The position numbers and the translations under genes are program-made. Below, piece after piece: positions 18,396-27,912 of a stretch of DNA of 64,000 nucleotides. The stretch spans positions 1 to 64,000 of IMG/VR virus record IMGVR_UViG_3300023238_000006; one strand, given 5' to 3'. Numbering within the stretch: the first letter of the stretch is position 1; every line of letters begins with the position of its first letter. Under the pieces are notes generated by a model. That model was not told the DNA's origin. It was given only the letters and a program-made list of their open reading frames with translations, and searched no databases. Origin of the DNA: a virus (lineage: Duplodnaviria; Heunggongvirae; Uroviricota; Caudoviricetes).

Positions 18396-18878
18396 ATGGG
18401 ACTAATCGTAATAGCAATAATTGTAGCAGGGGTATATTACTGGATTACTAGTAGTACTAACCACATATCTCAGCAACAAGATAACAGTATACTAGAGGAA
18501 TGGGAGGATGAACTCCTCAGACGTAACACAGATGCCTCACAGCCTCCAATTCCCTCTACACCACCTAGGCCCTACCCAAGGTGGGAAGTTGGCTCTAAGG
18601 TACCTACGATTGATTATGACAGCTATATACGGTCAGACGCCTGGCTTAAAGGCCCTGCTAGAAGCTTAGCTTTAGTTAGGGATAGCTTTAGCTGTACTAT
18701 GTGCGGCTCTGGTAACCACATAGAAGTTCATCATATTAACTACTTAACAATGGGGGATGAAGACATAGACTACCTAGCAACACTTTGCAAGTGCTGCCAC
18801 GGCTATACACACAAAGTAGCAGGGAGAGGGGCTGGTAACTACCCACCGCTCCTAAAACCAAAGGACACTACATGTTAA
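18396..18878 (+). CDS. HNH endonuclease with an N-terminal transmembrane segment (160 aa).
   Basis: CTMCGSGNHIEVHHINYL...LCKCCHGYTHK is a canonical HNH/His-Me finger. Confidence 0.65.
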   Translation: MGLIVIAIIVAGVYYWITSSTNHISQQQDNSILEEWEDELLRRNTDASQPPIPSTPPRPYPRWEVGSKVPTIDYDSYIRSDAWLKGPARSLALVRDSFSCTMCGSGNHIEVHHINYLTMGDEDIDYLATLCKCCHGYTHKVAGRGAGNYPPLLKPKDTTC

Positions 18879-19123
18879 CTAAACTAACAACACTACTGAT
18901 AGCAGCAGCTATCACCACAACAACACTACCCGCAGGGATGTGGTCAGTAATGACTGCACCCAGCAAAACAGTACAAGCTACAGCCGCTTATACTATAGAG
19001 ACTCCAGGGTATAACCCTAGAGTCTATGAATGGACAACTGCACAAGGTGATACTTGTATCGCCTTGATGGCATCATCAGACAAATCATCAGCTCCAGCTA
19101 TGAGCTGTTTTAAGAAGAAATAA
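18872..19123 (+). CDS. Small secreted or signal-peptide protein (83 aa).
   Basis: ORF track. N-terminal hydrophobic signal-like segment. Confidence 0.4.
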   Translation: MLTKLTTLLIAAAITTTTLPAGMWSVMTAPSKTVQATAAYTIETPGYNPRVYEWTTAQGDTCIALMASSDKSSAPAMSCFKKK

Positions 19124-19131
19124 GGATACTT

Positions 19132-19944
19132 ATGTATAAATACGGAAATATAGAAGAAGCTAAAGCGGGAGATCTTGTAGAGTATACACGCAGTCATAGC
19201 TCAATGTACATTAGAGGGCAACTGTATATAGTAAAGTCTTTTGATATATATAGCATACACCAACATATCTATACTGAAAATGGTGACAATACTCACAGGA
19301 ACTTCAGATTAGTACTAACAGCTCCTGGCTCAACAGCTAAGGTTGGTGATAGTGTGATTATGATTGAGGATATGGGAGGAGTACTGAAGCGTAATACAAT
19401 ACATACTTTAGAAAGTTTATCTAATGGTTCGTTTGTAGGGCATTCTTGTGTATCTTCTAACCCAGATACCTACCTAGTCCTGCTTAAAGAAGAAGAGTAT
19501 GGTGAGGGGCCTGCTTACCGTAGGTGGTTTCAAGCCCAATATGGTAAAAAAGTATATAAGTTCACATCTTTAAACAGCAATCACAATGTTGACGGGAGTG
19601 GTCGTTATACAACATTAAAGCATACAGCCTCAACTCAAGACAACAAAAAGGAAACTAAAATGAACGAAAACATCACAGTAACAATGGCAGCAAAAGAATT
19701 TGCTAAACACCAATCGATGCCTACACCTAAGGTTAAGACAGACTTTGAGGCTAGATTTAATTTCTCAGTAACTTACTATAATGAAGATGGGAGTATATTC
19801 AACCACCAAGAATATAAGACTGCTAAGCTACGTAACGAAGCGGCACTAGATTACTTAGCTGATGCTAAAGCTGGGGCCAGAGCTGTACCTCACAATGCTG
19901 GGGCTGCTATCAAGCGTAAAGCTATAACGGTAGTGGAGGCTTAG
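19132..19944 (+). CDS. Hypothetical protein (270 aa).
   Basis: ORF track. Confidence 0.5.
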   Translation: MYKYGNIEEAKAGDLVEYTRSHSSMYIRGQLYIVKSFDIYSIHQHIYTENGDNTHRNFRLVLTAPGSTAKVGDSVIMIEDMGGVLKRNTIHTLESLSNGSFVGHSCVSSNPDTYLVLLKEEEYGEGPAYRRWFQAQYGKKVYKFTSLNSNHNVDGSGRYTTLKHTASTQDNKKETKMNENITVTMAAKEFAKHQSMPTPKVKTDFEARFNFSVTYYNEDGSIFNHQEYKTAKLRNEAALDYLADAKAGARAVPHNAGAAIKRKAITVVEA

Positions 19945-20064
19945 TATGTTTAGTTCCGTATCAACTCAAACATTCGTACCAGCTGGCCTAATGGCAGCGG
20001 TAATACTATGTGTAGCAGGAATCATGCTATATAGCAACTACATAAACACACCAGAGGCAGCATA

Positions 20065-20892
20065 ATGAACAAAATCAAACTAACACTACTTACAGCACTA
20101 CTAGCTCTTACATTCACTGGATGTATATCACCCTCGTCAGTAGACGAAGGCATGGAAGCAACACTTGTAAAGAAGCCTTTCATCTTTGGCCACGGTGGTG
20201 TAGACCATGACCCGGTAGCAACAGGGTTAGTATGGACTGCATTCAGTACATCAGTTGTTAGAAAGAGCATAAAGCCTTTCAACGTTGACGAAATATTCGA
20301 CGACCTGGTAACATCTGACAACAACCCTGTGGACTTTAAACTACACCTCAAGCTACAACACATTGAAGGCAAGACTCCAATCCTAGTAGAGAACTTTGGT
20401 GAAGGCTGGTACATTAACAACGTTAGAGAACCACTGCGTAACATCGTAAGAAACTTCACTAAGTCTCACAAGATGTTTGATATGACAACTAACAAAGGTG
20501 TAACTGATGAACTACAACTCCTAGTAATGACTGAGGTATCGGCATTACTAAAAAGCATTGGTATGCCTACAGTACTACTACAAGCCTCTGTAGGTAAAGT
20601 ATTACCTCCTGAAGCAGTCATCGCAGCAACTATCAAAACAGCTGTACAAAAGCAAAATGTTAAAACTCAGAACGAAAGAGTATCTGCAGAGAATGCTAGA
20701 GCTGAGGCTGAGAAAGCATCAGCTAGGGCAGACAAAGCCTATATGCTTGCAATAGGTATGGATGCTAATCAATACCTACAGATGAAGAAACTAGACATCC
20801 AGAAGTTAGCCGTACAAAGTGCGGCTGACGGTAAGATTGCTCTAAGCCTAATTATGGGTGGAGATGTACAACCTATGTACAATATAAAGTAG
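20065..20892 (+). CDS. Putative lipoprotein (275 aa) with a C-terminal coiled, AEAE-rich segment that resembles the SPFH/band-7 family.
   Basis: Signal peptide plus LTFTGC lipobox-like. ERVSAENARAEAEKASARADKA coiled segment. The family assignment is weak. Confidence 0.4.
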   Translation: MNKIKLTLLTALLALTFTGCISPSSVDEGMEATLVKKPFIFGHGGVDHDPVATGLVWTAFSTSVVRKSIKPFNVDEIFDDLVTSDNNPVDFKLHLKLQHIEGKTPILVENFGEGWYINNVREPLRNIVRNFTKSHKMFDMTTNKGVTDELQLLVMTEVSALLKSIGMPTVLLQASVGKVLPPEAVIAATIKTAVQKQNVKTQNERVSAENARAEAEKASARADKAYMLAIGMDANQYLQMKKLDIQKLAVQSAADGKIALSLIMGGDVQPMYNIK

Positions 20893-20899
20893 TAGCTTA

Positions 20900-21825
20900 A
20901 TCTACTACCACTGGGCACTTAGGTGCCTACTATAGTAAATTAAAAGGAAACCTATGGAATATCTAGTAACCCTACATGGAGAAACTCTATGTACACTAAC
21001 AGCAAACAGTTTAGAGCAGGCAGAGGCTATTGCCTTTAGAATGTATGGTTTAGAAGTTGACATAAAGGAAAAGTAATGAAGAGTCTATCAAGACTTAAGT
21101 GTGATGCTTGGTTCTATAGGAATTAGGGTAGTATATTTATAGCTATAGTTGTGTTTGGTGGAGCATTGATTGGTTACCTATTTGGTAACTGTAGATGAGC
21201 TTATTACTCGTAGTTCTATGAGTAGTTGCATTATGTATATTATTAAAAGGATAAGTGATGAAGTATTTTGTAATAGTAACAGAGGAAAATGAAGAGCCTT
21301 GTGAAACTAGAAGTGATGCTGGTATGTTCTCGTATCTTGAACCTTACTTTGTAAATACTACTCATTAGAAGAGGCTTTATTGCCCGTGAATACATCTTAT
21401 TGGAGGGACAATTATACCCCTCTTATGATAGTAACAGTATATGATTACAACTAAAGGAAAAGAGATGAAAGTATATTACATAGGTAAAATGATTGGTGAA
21501 TGCGATGAAAATGACTCTAAATGGTCAATAGAAGGTATCTTTGATTCTAAACAATTAGCATTTTCAAAACATGGTAGAAGATGAATTTTGTATTGAGTTA
21601 GAAATGAATGTTAAATTGCCTTCAGAATTAATAAAACCTCCTGAAGGAACATACTGGTGAAAAATTTATAACAAAATTATAAACTATGATGGTGTAGAAG
21701 TAAAGGATTAAATTAGAACTTAAGTATTAGTATAAACTTATATATAAAGGTTTATTCTTAAGCTTTTTTTATTTGTTACCTAGTATATAATACTATATAA
21801 CAAATAAAAAAAACGGAGAACAAAG
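20900..21825. other. AT-rich (about 30% GC) segment poor in ORFs. It contains a palindromic AT stretch (TTATTTGTTAC...ATAACAAATAA) just upstream of 21826.
   Basis: Composition by eye. Only tiny ORFs. The inverted repeat was read directly. Confidence 0.4.
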
Positions 21826-22365
21826 ATGAATAAAGTAGAATTACAAGAAGCACTAAGACTTCATAAGTTATGGTTAAATGATAAACCTGGTGGAATTAGA
21901 GCTGGTTTAAGTAAGGCTAATTTAAGTAATGCTAATTTAAGTTATACTGTTTTAAGAGGTGCTGATTTAAGAGGTACTAATTTAAGTAATGTTGATTTAA
22001 GTTATACTGATTTAAGAGGTGCTGATTTAAGTAAGGCTAATTTAAGAGGTACTAATTTAAGTTCTACTGATTTAAGAGGTGCTAATTTAAGTTATACTGA
22101 TTTAAGAGGTACTAATTTAAGTAATGTTGATTTAAGATGTGCCGTAGGAAACAACAAAGAAATAAAATCGCTTCAAATAGGTACTTATTTAATCTCTTAT
22201 ACAGCAGTTGTTTTAAATATTGGTTGTGAGTCTCACTCTATCAAAAAGTGGGCTTGTTTCAGTGATGAAAGAATAGCTAGTATGGATGAAGAGGCTTTAG
22301 AGTTTTGGAACTTAAACAAACATATAATTTTAGAGTTATGTAACAGAGGAGAAGGAAATGACTAA
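21826..22365 (+). CDS. Pentapeptide-repeat protein (179 aa) with A(D/N)LSx repeats and a C-terminal domain of about 70 aa. Very AT-rich codon usage.
   Basis: ANLSNANLSYTVLRGADLRGTNLSNVDLSYTDLRGADLSKANLRGTNLSSTDLRGANLSYTDLRGTNLSNVDL. Nucleotide-level internal repeats. Confidence 0.7.
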   Translation: MNKVELQEALRLHKLWLNDKPGGIRAGLSKANLSNANLSYTVLRGADLRGTNLSNVDLSYTDLRGADLSKANLRGTNLSSTDLRGANLSYTDLRGTNLSNVDLRCAVGNNKEIKSLQIGTYLISYTAVVLNIGCESHSIKKWACFSDERIASMDEEALEFWNLNKHIILELCNRGEGND

Positions 22366-23020
22366 TAAAGAAAGATATGAAGCTAACCCTGAGAAGTATG
22401 TAGTTTACTGTAGCTACGATGTTACGTGGTTTAAACATGCCAACCAGGACAATGTAACATTCACAAACTCAGGAACAAAGTATAAGCTAATCCTAGCTTC
22501 TCATTCTCACATTGCTGATTCCATTATAGCTGATGGGAGTGTTGAGGTTGAGCAATACTCCACATTATACAATAAAGAAGGTGATAGTAAAATACTAGAT
22601 TTCACTCTAAAAGCTAAAGACTTCTTTAGTGTATATCAATTAGTATATGACTACAGACTAGCAGATAAGCTAGAGATAGATATACCTGATGGTGTTGATG
22701 TACTAGCAGAACCTAAAGAGGAGAAAGAAGTAGCTATAACAAGAGTTGAAGTAATTGGTTTAGAGGGCAGAGAGTTTGTTAGCCATCTTAAAGGTGGTAC
22801 TTATACCACATCCCTACAAGATGATGGTAGAACTCTAAAGATATTTGAAGAACCAATCCAAAAACCGTGGCACGAATATGAGAATAATTTTCCAGCACTT
22901 ATGTATGATGTATTCCATGAACTATTTGAGATAGTAAACAGTAAAATGGGTATTAATAGCGACCACAGACTAGCTACTAAAGAAGAGGTTATGGCACTAT
23001 ATTATGAAGGTAAGAAGTAA
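22358..23020 (+). CDS. Hypothetical protein (220 aa).
   Basis: ORF track. ATGA overlap with the upstream gene. Confidence 0.5.
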   Translation: MTNKERYEANPEKYVVYCSYDVTWFKHANQDNVTFTNSGTKYKLILASHSHIADSIIADGSVEVEQYSTLYNKEGDSKILDFTLKAKDFFSVYQLVYDYRLADKLEIDIPDGVDVLAEPKEEKEVAITRVEVIGLEGREFVSHLKGGTYTTSLQDDGRTLKIFEEPIQKPWHEYENNFPALMYDVFHELFEIVNSKMGINSDHRLATKEEVMALYYEGKK

Positions 23021-23054
23021 TGACACAAGAACAAGCAAGACTAAAGGGTGAATA

Positions 23055-23264
23055 ATGAAATACTTTATAGTAAGTTACTCATTCCCTGACGGAAATGGGA
23101 GTGTAAATGTAGAAGACCCTATATACCCTAACTACGAAGAGTTGTTAGAGCGAGTCAAAGCTACAAATGTACATGTCGATAGCATCTCTATTATAAGTAT
23201 AATGAAATTAACAGCAGCAGAATATTATAGATTCTACTCAAAAAAAAGGGTAAGTAATGGCTGA
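23055..23264 (+). CDS. Hypothetical small protein (69 aa).
   Basis: ORF track. Confidence 0.4.
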   Translation: MKYFIVSYSFPDGNGSVNVEDPIYPNYEELLERVKATNVHVDSISIISIMKLTAAEYYRFYSKKRVSNG

Positions 23265-23445
23265 ATCACATGAACTACGCTGCAGGAAGTATAAGCAGCA
23301 GATAGAAAACCTCAAACTAGACTTAGCAGATGCCGACAAAATGATAGCAGAGCTATCAGCTATCATCGTTAAACGTGATGCTGTCATAAAAGCTACATCT
23401 AATACAATTGCTGATGGTACTGTACGAAGGCTTAAAGGTAAATAG
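23257..23445 (+). CDS. Hypothetical small coiled-coil protein (62 aa).
   Basis: ORF track. Confidence 0.4.
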   Translation: MAESHELRCRKYKQQIENLKLDLADADKMIAELSAIIVKRDAVIKATSNTIADGTVRRLKGK

Positions 23446-23992
23446 CCAAGAAGTTATCAGCCCTTGCAGGTAGGTTAACAGAAGTCAGATATGCAAGTAT
23501 CGTGGACTTTAAGCAGTGCAAACGAAGAGACGCTGCAAGGCTAGTTTGGAGTCTTAGGTAGCTATGGTAATATGTTTGTTATCATGGCTATTACCATCCG
23601 CTGTGGAGCGAGGTTACGACCAGTACATATTTATATGTTACCCCCTAGGAGGTTTCAGCTGCTATCGTATTGCTCCCAATTATGTTGCGGTCGTCTAATA
23701 GTAGGGCCCAATCTAGTGTAATTGTGCTTCAAAACCACACTAAGAAACTCTTAGTCGTCTAATTGGCAGGGCACACTCAACAGGCAATGCAGGTGCAAAT
23801 CCTGCCCACAACTAAATACGTTGTATATATAACTTTACTGAGTGACTTCCTAGACAAAACTTTGCATCTAGGTGCAACTTGCAGCATAGGTAAGGTTACA
23901 TATACAACTAAATAATTCTAAAAAGATTAAGAAGCCTACTTACTGAATAGTATTTAGGTCTAGGATGGATAAAGTGGGCCTTACGAGCACAT

Positions 23993-24020
23993 AAAGTGGT
24001 TCGAGTCCACTTAATCTTTT
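23993..24020 (+). terminator. Hairpin AAGTGG-TTCGAGT-CCACTT followed by AATCTTTTT. It is either a rho-independent terminator or the T-arm of a tRNA-like element. A 7-bp acceptor-like complement AAGATTA lies at 23923.
   Basis: Direct reading. The loop TTCGAGT is a canonical tRNA T-loop, but no anticodon arm could be folded by hand. Confidence 0.35.
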
Positions 24021-24064
24021 TAGAGTTATTTGCAGTAATTACATATACAACTAAAAGGATAACT

Positions 24065-24238
24065 ATGAGTACACCAGTAATAACAGAAGAAGAAGCATTA
24101 ATACTAATAAATGATGCAGCACTAATAGTAGAAGGCAACTACATGGTAATGGAAAGTGATGCCTTATATATTATACAAAGAATATTTGGTACTTATACAC
24201 ATCCTTTCAACTCAACTCAAGAGGAGTTAACCCTATGA
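24065..24238 (+). CDS. Small acidic protein (57 aa).
   Basis: aaaaggataactATG. The in-frame GTG-started track ORF 23996 is probably an artefact. Confidence 0.4.
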   Translation: MSTPVITEEEALILINDAALIVEGNYMVMESDALYIIQRIFGTYTHPFNSTQEELTL

Positions 24239-24444
24239 CAAGACTAGAAATACATCAACAACTAAACACTACTGGTAGCACAGAAGTTATGGCGCTAATA
24301 GAACAGGTCTTACACCTCTCACAAGTTTCTTGTGAAGGCTGTATCTTCCTACCTGAACCAGACGACACATATCCAGAGTACTGCGGTATGTGTAGCCGTT
24401 TCTACGGGGACCACCATACTACCGAAGCTCACCGTAACGACTAA
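24235..24444 (+). CDS. Small Cys-rich protein (69 aa).
   Basis: ORF track. CEGC...CGMC. Confidence 0.4.
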   Translation: MTRLEIHQQLNTTGSTEVMALIEQVLHLSQVSCEGCIFLPEPDDTYPEYCGMCSRFYGDHHTTEAHRND

Positions 24445-24463
24445 CATAACCTAAAGGATTAAT

Positions 24464-25099
24464 ATGAATACAGTAACGCTAACACTAGAACTAACTTACA
24501 CTCAAGCTACTAAGGTCTTAGCAGCTGTAGAACGTATATGCTCACCAGACTCGCACACAGGGGCTACAAGCCCTAAAGTCTGCCCAGGGGATACACTTAT
24601 CACGGTAGCCAATACTATGCTATTTGGAGACCCTATAGAGTCTCCTAGAGCTGAACAGCTATCCCAAACTGTTAATAACCCCATGGCAGCTAAATCCAAT
24701 AAATCTATAAACATCAACGAACTTGATGTTATTTACGGTAAGACAGACAGACCATCAGCAGGAGACGTCACTACCACTAGCTACGGAGCTCACCACACCC
24801 TTAAGTCTATACCAGTAGTAACTAAGCCTACAGGACGGTCTAAGACATCTATGCCTAGCTTTGGGCGTTCACAAGCACAAGTTGATGCCTATGCAGCCTC
24901 AGAGGCATCTCGTATAGAGATAGCTGACGAAGAAGCTATGTTAAAGCAGGAGCGTAAAGAAGCTAAAGAAATGGAAAAAGCTGAGATAGCCAAAGATAAG
25001 GCTAGAGCTCAAAAAGAAATAGATGACATTAAGTCAGCGGTAATTGAAGAGCCTCTACCAGGAGTTGCTGCACCTCTTAAGAAGCCTTGGGAATTATAA
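24464..25099 (+). CDS. Hypothetical protein (211 aa) with a Lys/Glu-rich C-terminus.
   Basis: ORF track. RBS aaaggattaatATG. Confidence 0.5.
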   Translation: MNTVTLTLELTYTQATKVLAAVERICSPDSHTGATSPKVCPGDTLITVANTMLFGDPIESPRAEQLSQTVNNPMAAKSNKSININELDVIYGKTDRPSAGDVTTTSYGAHHTLKSIPVVTKPTGRSKTSMPSFGRSQAQVDAYAASEASRIEIADEEAMLKQERKEAKEMEKAEIAKDKARAQKEIDDIKSAVIEEPLPGVAAPLKKPWEL

Positions 25100-25344
25100 T
25101 GTATCTGCCTGCAATGAAGCCAATAATTCTAAAGGCTATGAGTTACACTCTTATTCAAATCAAAACTGATAAAGGGTATAAAGGCGATGACTTACTACGC
25201 TTAGTAATGAAGCATCTGGACGAAGCTGAAGCTATCAGAATATTAGTACAATCCCTAGGATTTGAGGTTAAGATATTGCATAACCCACTAGAAGTTGTTT
25301 GTGCATTCCTACCTCCAACAGATATATATCAACTAAAGGATTAG
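25087..25344 (+). CDS. Hypothetical small protein (85 aa).
   Basis: ORF track. Confidence 0.4.
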   Translation: MGIIMYLPAMKPIILKAMSYTLIQIKTDKGYKGDDLLRLVMKHLDEAEAIRILVQSLGFEVKILHNPLEVVCAFLPPTDIYQLKD

Positions 25345-25346
25345 CT

Positions 25347-25526
25347 ATGTTAACTAAATTAATAAACTGGTACTATTGTACTGACCTATACCATCGGCAA
25401 CGTCGTGGGCAAATATCCACTCAGGAAGCCTTAGAACGTACACTTAACCGGCTGATAGTTATACACACTATAATGATACTAGTGGCAACACTAGTTCTAT
25501 ACATAATATTAAAGGTAACTGCATGA
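25347..25526 (+). CDS. Small membrane protein (59 aa).
   Basis: aaggattagctATG. Hydrophobic C-terminus. Confidence 0.4.
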   Translation: MLTKLINWYYCTDLYHRQRRGQISTQEALERTLNRLIVIHTIMILVATLVLYIILKVTA

Positions 25527-26086
25527 CAGCAACAGATCTAGCACTAATGGCTTTCTACGAAAGCATTCCAAATAGGCCTAAGATTAAATACGACGACACT
25601 ATAACTAGGTTCGATCGTGATTTATGGTTCTATGACCGTGATGATATAAACCGTCAATCATCCACAACTAAGAAAGTAACTTACGAAGCTCACATAAAAG
25701 TTATCCAAACAGCAGTAACTATGCTTAAGGTTGATACTCAACACGATATAGCTATGATGATACTAACTCATAGGTTCTTCAAATCATACCGTGATGATAT
25801 CTTCTCTGGCACAGGGAACTTCTATAGTGACTACTCCTTCTTAGTAAAGAAGATAGCTATGGTTCACAACACTGATACTAACAGAGTAATTACTCATAGT
25901 ATTGGTAATAAACTACAGGAGTTTAAAGTGCCAACATTGGTACAGATTAACTACATTGCAGGAACTGTAACTAAAGTTAAAACACCAGATACTGGAGAGA
26001 CTCTAAATGAGTGGGCTGTTAAGTTCAACCTAGCCTGTAATAGTACTATAAGCTACCAAGTAGCTGGGCTATCTATAGGAGCCTAA
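25523..26086 (+). CDS. Hypothetical protein (187 aa).
   Basis: ORF track. Confidence 0.5.
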   Translation: MTATDLALMAFYESIPNRPKIKYDDTITRFDRDLWFYDRDDINRQSSTTKKVTYEAHIKVIQTAVTMLKVDTQHDIAMMILTHRFFKSYRDDIFSGTGNFYSDYSFLVKKIAMVHNTDTNRVITHSIGNKLQEFKVPTLVQINYIAGTVTKVKTPDTGETLNEWAVKFNLACNSTISYQVAGLSIGA

Positions 26087-26087
26087 C

Positions 26088-26351
26088 ATGAGTGAGACCA
26101 GTAAAAAGGCTCCATGGTATCCTAATAGGGAACTAACATACGGAATGGTATATTTCTATATCAAGAATAAGACTCACTCCCTCAACGCATTTGACACTGA
26201 GTCAATACGTGAGGCTAAGCGATCAATACTAGAAGAAGCACGTGATGCTTCGCCTTCACACCAAATGTTCCTCAAAGCTGCTAAATTAGCCACAGGGATC
26301 TCACACAGAACTATAAAACGCCTGTTATATCAGGATAAAGAAGTTGTGTGA
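26088..26351 (+). CDS. Hypothetical small protein (87 aa).
   Basis: ORF track. Confidence 0.45.
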   Translation: MSETSKKAPWYPNRELTYGMVYFYIKNKTHSLNAFDTESIREAKRSILEEARDASPSHQMFLKAAKLATGISHRTIKRLLYQDKEVV

Positions 26352-26468
26352 ACCATTTGGCCCAGAACTCTACTACGTAAAGCCCTAAAAATAGGGCTTC
26401 TGTAGCCAGACAGTTCTCTGAAGGCATACTTTCTATGGTAGTTTACACCTGTACTTTCATACTTATAC

Positions 26469-26497
26469 TTGACTTCAGTAGTTAAACATAGTATACT
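26469..26497 (+). promoter_or_regulatory. Host sigma70-like promoter TTGACT-17 nt-TATACT.
   Basis: ttgacttcagtagttaaacatagtatact. About 25 nt upstream of the 26522 ATG with an intervening RBS. Confidence 0.5.
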
Positions 26498-26521
26498 TCA
26501 CTATTAAATTAAAGGATACAT

Positions 26522-26812
26522 ATGGAAACATGTAAAGACTTCATCTTAAAGATGACACAAATGGATAAAGCGGAGCAATTCGTAATAGCAGGTATAGTAC
26601 ATAGCTGGACACCAGAGTCCTCAATAGGTTCAGTAGTTATTAAGACTACTGATATGAGCAGTGCAGATGCTAATAAGTTTATTAAAGGCATTAAGACCCT
26701 AACAGCTAAAGGCTTAGTACGTAGAATTAAGAGGTCTCATTATATGATGCACCCTAAAACTTTAGTACCTAGAGATAAAGAACTCGCTATGGAGACATGG
26801 GAGGGGCTGTAA
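26522..26812 (+). CDS. Hypothetical small protein (96 aa), possibly DNA-binding.
   Basis: ORF track. Basic C-terminal half. Confidence 0.45.
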   Translation: METCKDFILKMTQMDKAEQFVIAGIVHSWTPESSIGSVVIKTTDMSSADANKFIKGIKTLTAKGLVRRIKRSHYMMHPKTLVPRDKELAMETWEGL

Positions 26813-27846
26813 TGGCTAGAAAATTGCTACCAGCGGATATCTTACAAAGATTCATAACCACACATGGGCAAACCTATGACTACACTAACAGTGATATAAC
26901 TACTAGAACAACAAAAATCTCAATAAGATGCAGGGTTCACGGGCCTTTTACACAGATGCCTAAAGAGCATATGCTGGGACAAGGATGCCCTAAGTGTGGG
27001 CATTTAGCCACAGCGGCTGCTTTAAGGCACTCTCAAGAAGAATTTGTACTAAAGGTGCAGGTAATCCACAATAACAGGTATGACTACTCATTAGTGAAGT
27101 ATACGTCTGATGCTGATAGCATTGATATAATTTGCAACACTCACGGTGTATTCTCACAAATAGCCTCATCCCATGTCCAAGGAAGTGGGTGCCCTAGGTG
27201 TGCAATTGAGAAAACACATAGTGAGGCTACGTATACAACTGCTGAATTCATCGAAAAAGCTAGTGTAAAACATAGTAATTATTACACATACCCAGAGACT
27301 AACTATGTTAAAGGTACTGTTAAAGTGGTGATAACATGCCCTGTTCATGGGACTTTTCAACAAACACCAGTGGCACACCTAACAGGCCAGGGGTGCAAAG
27401 TGTGTGTCACTGCAGAAAGAGGGCTAAAAACCAGAAACTCAACAGCTAACTTTATAGAGCAGGCAGGTAAAGTGCATGGTAATAAATACTGTTATGCGAA
27501 TACCTCTTATGTACTATCTGTTGAAAAAGTTACTATTACATGCCCTATACACGGGGACTTCACGCAGACTCCTACTAATCATCTGTATGGTTATGGATGT
27601 AGTAGATGTGGTGTGGTAAAATCAAATAAAAGGTTTCACCACATACCCACAACGCTTTACTACTTTAAAATAAAAGATTGTTGGAAAGTGGGCATAACAG
27701 TATTTGATGTAAAAACACGTTACAACACTGTGGATCACTCCAATATTAGTGATTTGACAACATGGAAATTCTCATCAGGCAAAGAAGCTTATGAGTATGA
27801 GCAGAATATCATATCACTTAACAAAGAACATGCCTATACGGGTTAA
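26797..27846 (+). CDS. Putative homing-endonuclease-like protein with four tandem zinc-ribbon repeats (HG-F-Q-P--H--G-GCP-C) and a C-terminal T5orf172/GIY-YIG-like domain.
   Basis: VHGPFTQMPKEHMLGQGCPKCG, THGVFSQIASSHVQGSGCPRCA, VHGTFQQTPVAHLTGQGCKVCV, IHGDFTQTPTNHLYGYGCSRCG, then LYYFKIKDCWKVGIT. Confidence 0.55.
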   Translation: MGGAVMARKLLPADILQRFITTHGQTYDYTNSDITTRTTKISIRCRVHGPFTQMPKEHMLGQGCPKCGHLATAAALRHSQEEFVLKVQVIHNNRYDYSLVKYTSDADSIDIICNTHGVFSQIASSHVQGSGCPRCAIEKTHSEATYTTAEFIEKASVKHSNYYTYPETNYVKGTVKVVITCPVHGTFQQTPVAHLTGQGCKVCVTAERGLKTRNSTANFIEQAGKVHGNKYCYANTSYVLSVEKVTITCPIHGDFTQTPTNHLYGYGCSRCGVVKSNKRFHHIPTTLYYFKIKDCWKVGITVFDVKTRYNTVDHSNISDLTTWKFSSGKEAYEYEQNIISLNKEHAYTG

Positions 27847-27912
27847 ACACCATTTACTGATGGTACAGGCATAACTGAATGCTTTAAAATAGATATAAAC
27901 AAGGATTAACAT

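Noticed and set aside
23996-24064. The track's GTG-initiated extension of ORF 23996-24238.
   Set aside because: Its 5' 69 nt overlap the tRNA-like/terminator hairpin. A well-placed ATG with an RBS at 24065 gives the more credible 57-aa gene.
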